Part shown: positions 57,936 to 64,000 of the stretch, one piece after another
Layout of the letters: every line of letters begins with the position of its first letter
Numbering within the stretch: position 1 is the stretch's first letter
Source: Iphione sp. A-MEVVRFRX5
Taxonomy: Eukaryota
NCBI GenBank assembly: GCA_976226885.1
Contig: OZ320313.1
Coordinates: 77,190,001 to 77,254,000 of the forward strand
Direction of reading: 5' to 3'
Length of the DNA: 64,000 nt
The notes under the pieces: generated by a model
Database searches by the model: none
Told to the model about the DNA's origin: nothing
The model's input: the letters and a program-made list of their open reading frames with translations, nothing else
Position numbers and translations under genes: made by a program

Positions 57936-60900
57936 GTCTCGATGCACCTTGTATGTACATGTGTACATGTAACTTCACATGCTGTAGGTTGAGTGGTTCC
58001 TTTTATTAGTTTTCAATATTACCTCACGCTTTTGATACACTATCCAAACTAAAGAATCCGCTCTACAGATGAAAGCTGATAGCCACTTGATCCGAGAGCG
58101 TGTGAAAAGCGCAATCTTTGAGAAATCCGGGCCACCTTCACACCATTTTTCTTACCTCTTTGCGCACCTGTGTGTGAGCTGCCACTAACACCTACATGTT
58201 TGATCTCGGGATTCTTTGGGACCAAGAGATCGAGCCTGGCAAGCGTCATGAGCAGCGGGCGCGATAGAGGCAGCCAGTAATGACGCCTATACGCCGAATT
58301 CTTGATGAAAACTGCTATCTTGGCGTCTCTGGGCTCCACGGGGGTATATGGTTCAGAAGAATTAACCAGTCCCACCGGCCGAGTGTGTTACGATCCAACG
58401 CGGCTGTGTGGGCATCGTGTTTAAAGGGCAAACATAGCACTCTTTCTGTAACCGATTCGGAAGTACATGGGTGAATTGACCATTGTCCCGGCCCGCCGTC
58501 TTTGTCGTTTGCTGTAGGCTTGTGTGAAAACAAGTACCCAGCTCTTCAGATACTCTAGACCTGGTAAAGGTATTTGTGCTCACTGCAGGCATATTATAGA
58601 GACCACAAAGGAGGCAGAACTTGATTCGTCTCTTGCCCAATTTGATAAGCTAATTAATAAATATAGTAAAATAACAGGTCTCCAGACATAGGGGAAAAAA
58701 GAGCAAGACCACTTGATGCAGTTTCAAAGTTGTTTTGAATAGAAAGATTAGTTCTATGATTCAAAAGCATATATTTCAAACCCTTTTCTTCTGATGTGAA
58801 AGAGTAATTGATTACCAACGAATTAATATCTTACTGGACAAAATATTTTCACAGAATGGCCAGTAGCGTGCATGGATATGGCTTGTCCGGCCCACGTTTG
58901 TTTGACTCAATCAGCAAGGTGTTAACCCCAACCAACCACTCAGGTCCTGGTGTGAATGGTACCACCCACCCCACACCTAGCTATCCCATTTCTTTCCTCC
59001 ACCCAATCACTCTCATCAGGGGCCTGGTCAGCTTTATATATTTTGTTCCAAACGGTCATATAGTTACAACGTGCACTCTACCCAATATGCTACGGTGGCG
59101 ATGACGTGCCACGCCACTCTACCTTGGACTGAGATATACTCGTAATCATCGCAAGAACTTCATCAGTAAGAGATAAATTTTGACTTAAATTTCTGCTGGT
59201 CCTTGTTTTAACAATGTGCATAAGATTATCGTACTTTAGAAGTGTAATTTTTTTCAGTTTAATAATCTTACCGGTTACGTCGATGACATATTTTCCATAT
59301 TTGGAATGTTTTTCTTTAAATCCAGGGAGGGAATTTTCTTTAAATCCAGGGAGCACGTATATTATGGTTTCTTTTCACATGCCAACGTTATATCTCCACA
59401 CTATATGTACTTTCTTTCTTTAGCTAGAAAATCACCTATCTTCGTAAAATTTCGCACATTTATCAAAATGTGCAGCATTTGGTCACTGATGGCGATTTCA
59501 TAATTACTTAAAACGACATTTTAACGTAGTCGATAGTCAGGTCCTTTTTCAAGATGAAGTATTCTTAAAACATTTATTCCCACATTGTGGGTATTTTGGA
59601 TTTTCTGAATATTAGCATTGTCCACTACGGACTTCAGCCGTAACCCAGTGGCCTTGAATTGAGTTAAAAGGACTCTTGAAAGCGATTCGTATCAACAAAA
59701 GAGGAAACACTCTCCGTAGTTTACATTTCGTATGACTTAACTCTCGTCCTCTACCTGGCGATAAGCCCCCGATTTCAGTATTCGTCATTCGTCTGTCCAC
59801 AAAGCATTGCACAAATATATTTCACGGTCAGTTACTGACATGAGAGTGCGTCAACGTTCGAACACCTCAAATCTGTTCAAGTATACTTGCTATAGTCCTT
59901 TTCTTGTGTGTAAATTTATTTAAGCATTAACATGGCCTGCAGACCGACCGTCCTCTGAGAAGCAATGAAGTTTCAGGAAAAAGAAAACTTCCAGTAATCC
60001 TGACAGCGATATCATTCTTATTCAACTACTACTTATATTAGTGCAATTTTCAAAATGTCAAATTTAATTGTTAGCAAATCAAAAATCATAGAGTCGCAAT
60101 GCATTATATAGCTAATTTGTAGTCCTACATTAAGATATGTAAACCATTTATAGGAACTCAATCTTTTGGTGGTACATGTACATGTTCTTGTGAAGTAATT
60201 ATACATATTATGTTAGATCCTAGTCCAAGTTGGTCTTTTTCACAAATTGCTAGTACATGTACCTTCCCCAGTTTATAAAATTTTGTAGTTAGGTCAAGCA
60301 TTTATAAATTGTCTAACTAATGACAAAGTTAGTGATTTGGGATGAAGAATTATACAGATTTTCCAGGTTACTATATTTCCCTTATGGCCCTCATTGCTTT
60401 GTTTCCTCCAAGACATATTGCTAAAGGTAAATAGTGATACCAGTTCAAGTCTAGCGTTAAAAATCTCTATTTCTTTGTTTTACAAGGTATCCTTTCGAAT
60501 AATTAACCTTTTGCATCTTTATTTTCATACAAGTCCCACTCTTTAAGTTCAGTTCTGATATCACATTGACTTAAATATCGTCCATCTTTATATCAAGTAG
60601 TCAGAGCAGTTAAAGCAGTTGTAATCATATACCTGATCTCCTCAGTGCGTACCTACCGTAGTTACTTTCCCTAATTTTCCTAGATTGTTCGGGTTTGGGT
60701 CAAGCATTGGTAAATTGTACAACTACTGATAAAATCACTAATGCTGCTGCGTGATTTGGGAATTTCTCAGATTCAGACTAGGTGCCTAACATATAAATAT
60801 CTCTATTACTCCTAAAAAATGTAAATGCTTCCAACATACTTATTACATATAGGGTATTATGAATGGTCGCATGGTAAGGGCCGTGTACATGGTTATATCT

Positions 60901-61178
60901 GTGTATACTTGTAAAACCCAATTTAACAGTTAGGCCCAATATCAAGCTGGGCCTTTTTGGTTGGAAGTTCCACATTATAGGCTTTATCTCACTGGGTAAA
61001 TCTTCTCTAATACCCAACATAAGAGTAAAGTTTTAGTAATTCTTATTTTATGATTTCTGTGCAAGTAGGCGGATTACCCTTACATGGGAATGCAGCATTA
61101 TTTCTTTTTTAGGGTCCAGATGAAAGAAGCAAAGAATAAAGGGCTAGTGCGATTATTCAGTGTAAATAAATCGTGACA

Positions 61179-62141
61179 ATGTTTGCCCCAAACTCTCCTA
61201 TGGAGAGGGTCAAGATGCTGAATATGCGGGAAGAGACAATGCTACGACGCCACCTGGAGGCGATTGGCACGTTGGAGAAGAAGCAGTTACATTCCATTAA
61301 CAAGGACACTATAGGCCTGCGTATGGAGTTACGGGCACATCGCTTCCGGGCGATGAAAACCTCCGTACGCCAAAAGGGGGCTCTGCAAGAGTTCGATGAA
61401 CAGTGGCGCGCCCGGAAAGAGCAGTTAGCACGGGCCCAGCTGAAACAACTCGCTCTCGGCGGCGCACAGGAGGAGGGAGAGGGTGTCCAGAGGAGGAGGA
61501 CCAGATCTGTCCACGAGCGGCTCTACCAGTCCGCTGGGGGTAGCCTCGAGATGGCGCCACCACAGTTGCTAATTGCTCAACGTGTACGCACAACCGAAAT
61601 CACAGAACAGGGAGCAAGGGCGAGCGACTCATCTGGCAAAGGCATCACTCCCAGGACTTCCGCTGTCACTCCCAAAACCCCCACCGTAAACGGCCGGACA
61701 TCGGCAAAATCGCTGTCTAGTGCCAAGTCGCGTGAGGGAGCCACCAGCCAGGTGCGCGGGAGCCCAGTGTGCCGTAGCAGCTCCTCTAAGTCCAGAGGGC
61801 CGCCTTCATCTCCAGGTTTACGTAGACAAAACAGTACACCCCGGCCCCCAGAGGGTCCTCCCCCAGCGCATCGGAGGGCGTCTACACACTCCTCCAGGCG
61901 CGCTAGCGTCCAAGTCTCATCCAGGGGTTCCGAGAGAAAAGGCGCCTCCCAGGACTACATGGAACGGACGTTGCAGGCCATCGCCGGTGGGCCCAACGGC
62001 ACTAAGGTGGCTGCCGAGAGGGGCGGAAACAACCCAGAGGCTCTGCTAGCCAAGCTGGGAACGATGCGCTTTGACGAGTACACGGACGGCACACTAGCCA
62101 TGGAGATTCGCAAGTATGTATCCCGTCAAATGCCACCCTAA
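61179..62141 (+). CDS. Single-coding-exon protein (320 aa): N-terminal coiled coil and Ser/Arg/Pro-rich disordered region; weakly CCDC190-like
   Basis: GC-rich long ORF in AT-rich context; acceptor TTTCTTTTTTAG| before 61113; NMREETMLRRHLEAIGTLEKKQLHSI-type helix; AATAAA near 62216. The family assignment is tentative. Confidence 0.7.
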   Translation: MFAPNSPMERVKMLNMREETMLRRHLEAIGTLEKKQLHSINKDTIGLRMELRAHRFRAMKTSVRQKGALQEFDEQWRARKEQLARAQLKQLALGGAQEEGEGVQRRRTRSVHERLYQSAGGSLEMAPPQLLIAQRVRTTEITEQGARASDSSGKGITPRTSAVTPKTPTVNGRTSAKSLSSAKSREGATSQVRGSPVCRSSSSKSRGPPSSPGLRRQNSTPRPPEGPPPAHRRASTHSSRRASVQVSSRGSERKGASQDYMERTLQAIAGGPNGTKVAAERGGNNPEALLAKLGTMRFDEYTDGTLAMEIRKYVSRQMPP

Positions 62142-62664
62142 GGACACACCACAATGCGAACCTGTCCAGCTAATTGACAGGTTTCACTTCAGAACCAATT
62201 AAAATCACCTTACATAATAAACTAACAGATCATAAAGCGGGCGCGACCACATTGTGGACAGTTCCAGCAGTCCCTACACCTGTCGGGAATGTGGCGTTCC
62301 ACTGTTTTTGTATTTGTAATAATTGGGGGGGGGCGCAATGTCATAGATGCATAGAGGGAAACTTGTGCAGTCGTTGATTATCAACAGACAACTACGTTGA
62401 TTGATGGTCATTAGGTGCTGGCATATGCAACATTAAATAACACATGATCCGGTGCATTTTTTTACTCTTCTTCTTTAATGCTGCTCCGTTTAAATTCGCT
62501 TTTATTAGTAACAGCTCTATACACTTTATATTCATAGCAGTGGAAGCAGTCCGCCTTTCTGGTCCGCTATCATTCCTTCTTGCCCTCTCACTTTTTTTTA
62601 AACGAAAAGCTCCGAACCAATTCGAGTAACAGATTTGTTTCATATTATTAGACTAAAACAGAAG

Positions 62665-62985
62665 ATGTCCGGGAATCAGGCAGTTCTTTACGTCCCTGCT
62701 ACGAACCCCAACGATGCCCTCTTACCTCCAAGTCAGCGCGGTCGACCGCCAGGGGGCGGGCGGAAGCCGCCGCACACCGCTCCGCCGGCGGGTCGACGAC
62801 ACCACAAACAGGCCGGGTCTCTGCCATCGCCGTCACGCCTTGCATTCCCTGTGCATGTTCCGACGGTGGCGCGGCGCCGTGCTTACGACTCGGAGAAGGC
62901 CATGGCTCAGGAGAACGAAGGCCTGTTGAGGCTTCACCGTGAGGGTCAGCGGCAAGAGTATGAGCAGGTCCTGCGTCGGGTGAAA
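62665..62985 (+). CDS. Coding exon of an unidentified gene (Pro/Arg-rich, then coiled-coil-like)
   Basis: Acceptor AAAACAG| before 62662, ATG 62665, open to donor AAA|GTAAGC after 62985 (phase 0); ends EGLLRLHREGQRQEYEQVLRRVK. Confidence 0.55.
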
Positions 62986-64000
62986 GTAAGCAATTAAGTC
63001 TGTCTCGCCTAGAACAAGTTCGTAATTAGCCAGGTTCGAAGGTCAGGACGAACACCGCCGCTCGAGTCACTGATTAAATTGAATCGAATTGATTAATAGG
63101 TTGTTGGGTATCCATGTCTTACAATCATGTTAGCTTTCAGCGGGTCCTCAAGACGACGAGCAAAATATAACCAGAAATATAGATGTAGAAATAAGACGTA
63201 TTAATCACAATATCAAAAGATCGTTCCTATATACTTTTCTAACCACGTTATCGATAGGTTATAATGAACAGGCAATACTGAAGACGTAATGCCACTATGC
63301 TAGGGATCTTCAAACCACTTGATATATATATATATATGCTTGCATAACAATAAGCGAAGAAAAATTGGGGTGATTATAGGGACACAGAGAAAAACGGATG
63401 GCAGGGGTGGTGTAAGATTGATCTAGTGACTCCCTATAGGGAATAGACGAGAGAAAATAATTCGAGGCAAAGGTTATCCAAACTAACAGTATACCAACAA
63501 ACTACAGTGATGGTGATACTCACCCCCGGAAAAGATTTTCACATGACATTAGATCATGTTCAACCACACTAAATAATGGTATGACATTTTAATGTTTCAG
63601 AAGCCGTATGAGGAAATTAACGGACATAATTTACTTTTTAGCCTCAATTTCATCATGATCAATTTGAGGAAACCAATTCCACAGGCCAGTAGCTGTGAAT
63701 TGGAAGAATTTTGAAAACAAATCTGAATTTGGTCTATCGGGTTTTAGGGAAAAAAAGGTTTTAAAAATAGTGGAAAGACTGTGACAACTCTTACTTATCT
63801 TAGACTCTATACAGAGGCAAAGCCTCCACAAAATAACGAATAAAAATCAGCACATATAATATGACTGTCTTTAGGAGAGGCTACGATAGCGATTGTTCCT
63901 CCAGAAAGCTTGACGTTGTAGAGCTTGCAATCGCATTCCAGGGTGTCCGAAATGTCATGCTGCTGCCTTCTCCATTGCTGTTAAAAACTATTAACAAAGC

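Noticed and set aside
58049-58640. GC-richer block with overlapping ORFs and a minus-strand donor (GAG|GTAAGA near 58158)
   Set aside because: Several frames on both strands are equally plausible and none has recognisable motifs; left unannotated.

Overview
Eukaryotic (metazoan, probably marine invertebrate) genomic window with spliceosomal introns and two assembly gaps (49850-50097, 56781-57015); no rRNA, intact tRNA or CRISPR is visible. The first ~45 kb is mostly nested transposable-element debris: a decayed DIRS/Ngaro-type YR retrotransposon, a piggyBac-like end, three Sola1-type DNA transposon copies, pogo/Tigger, L1/Tx1, CR1/L2 and Penelope fragments, several MITE families and tRNA-derived SINE-like repeats. 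The standout is an apparently intact 7.95-kb CR1/L2-group LINE on the minus strand (35357-43302, 5-bp TSD), inserted into an older L1/Tx1 LINE. It has three open frames: an ORF1 (coiled coil + RRM-like) ending in a NADAR/YbiA-like domain, a separate SGNH/GDSL-hydrolase-like ORF with altered catalytic motifs, and an endonuclease-RT ORF2. Host genes: a six-coding-exon gene for a membrane-anchored YccV/HspQ-like domain protein (48271-51291, assembled by hand and not represented as such in the ORF track), a 320-aa single-exon ORF (61179-62141) plus a following coding exon, an orphan knottin-like exon (23330-23485) and an unresolved divergent exon cluster around 13.4-17.5 kb. All domain calls come from motif recognition by eye; no database search was run.
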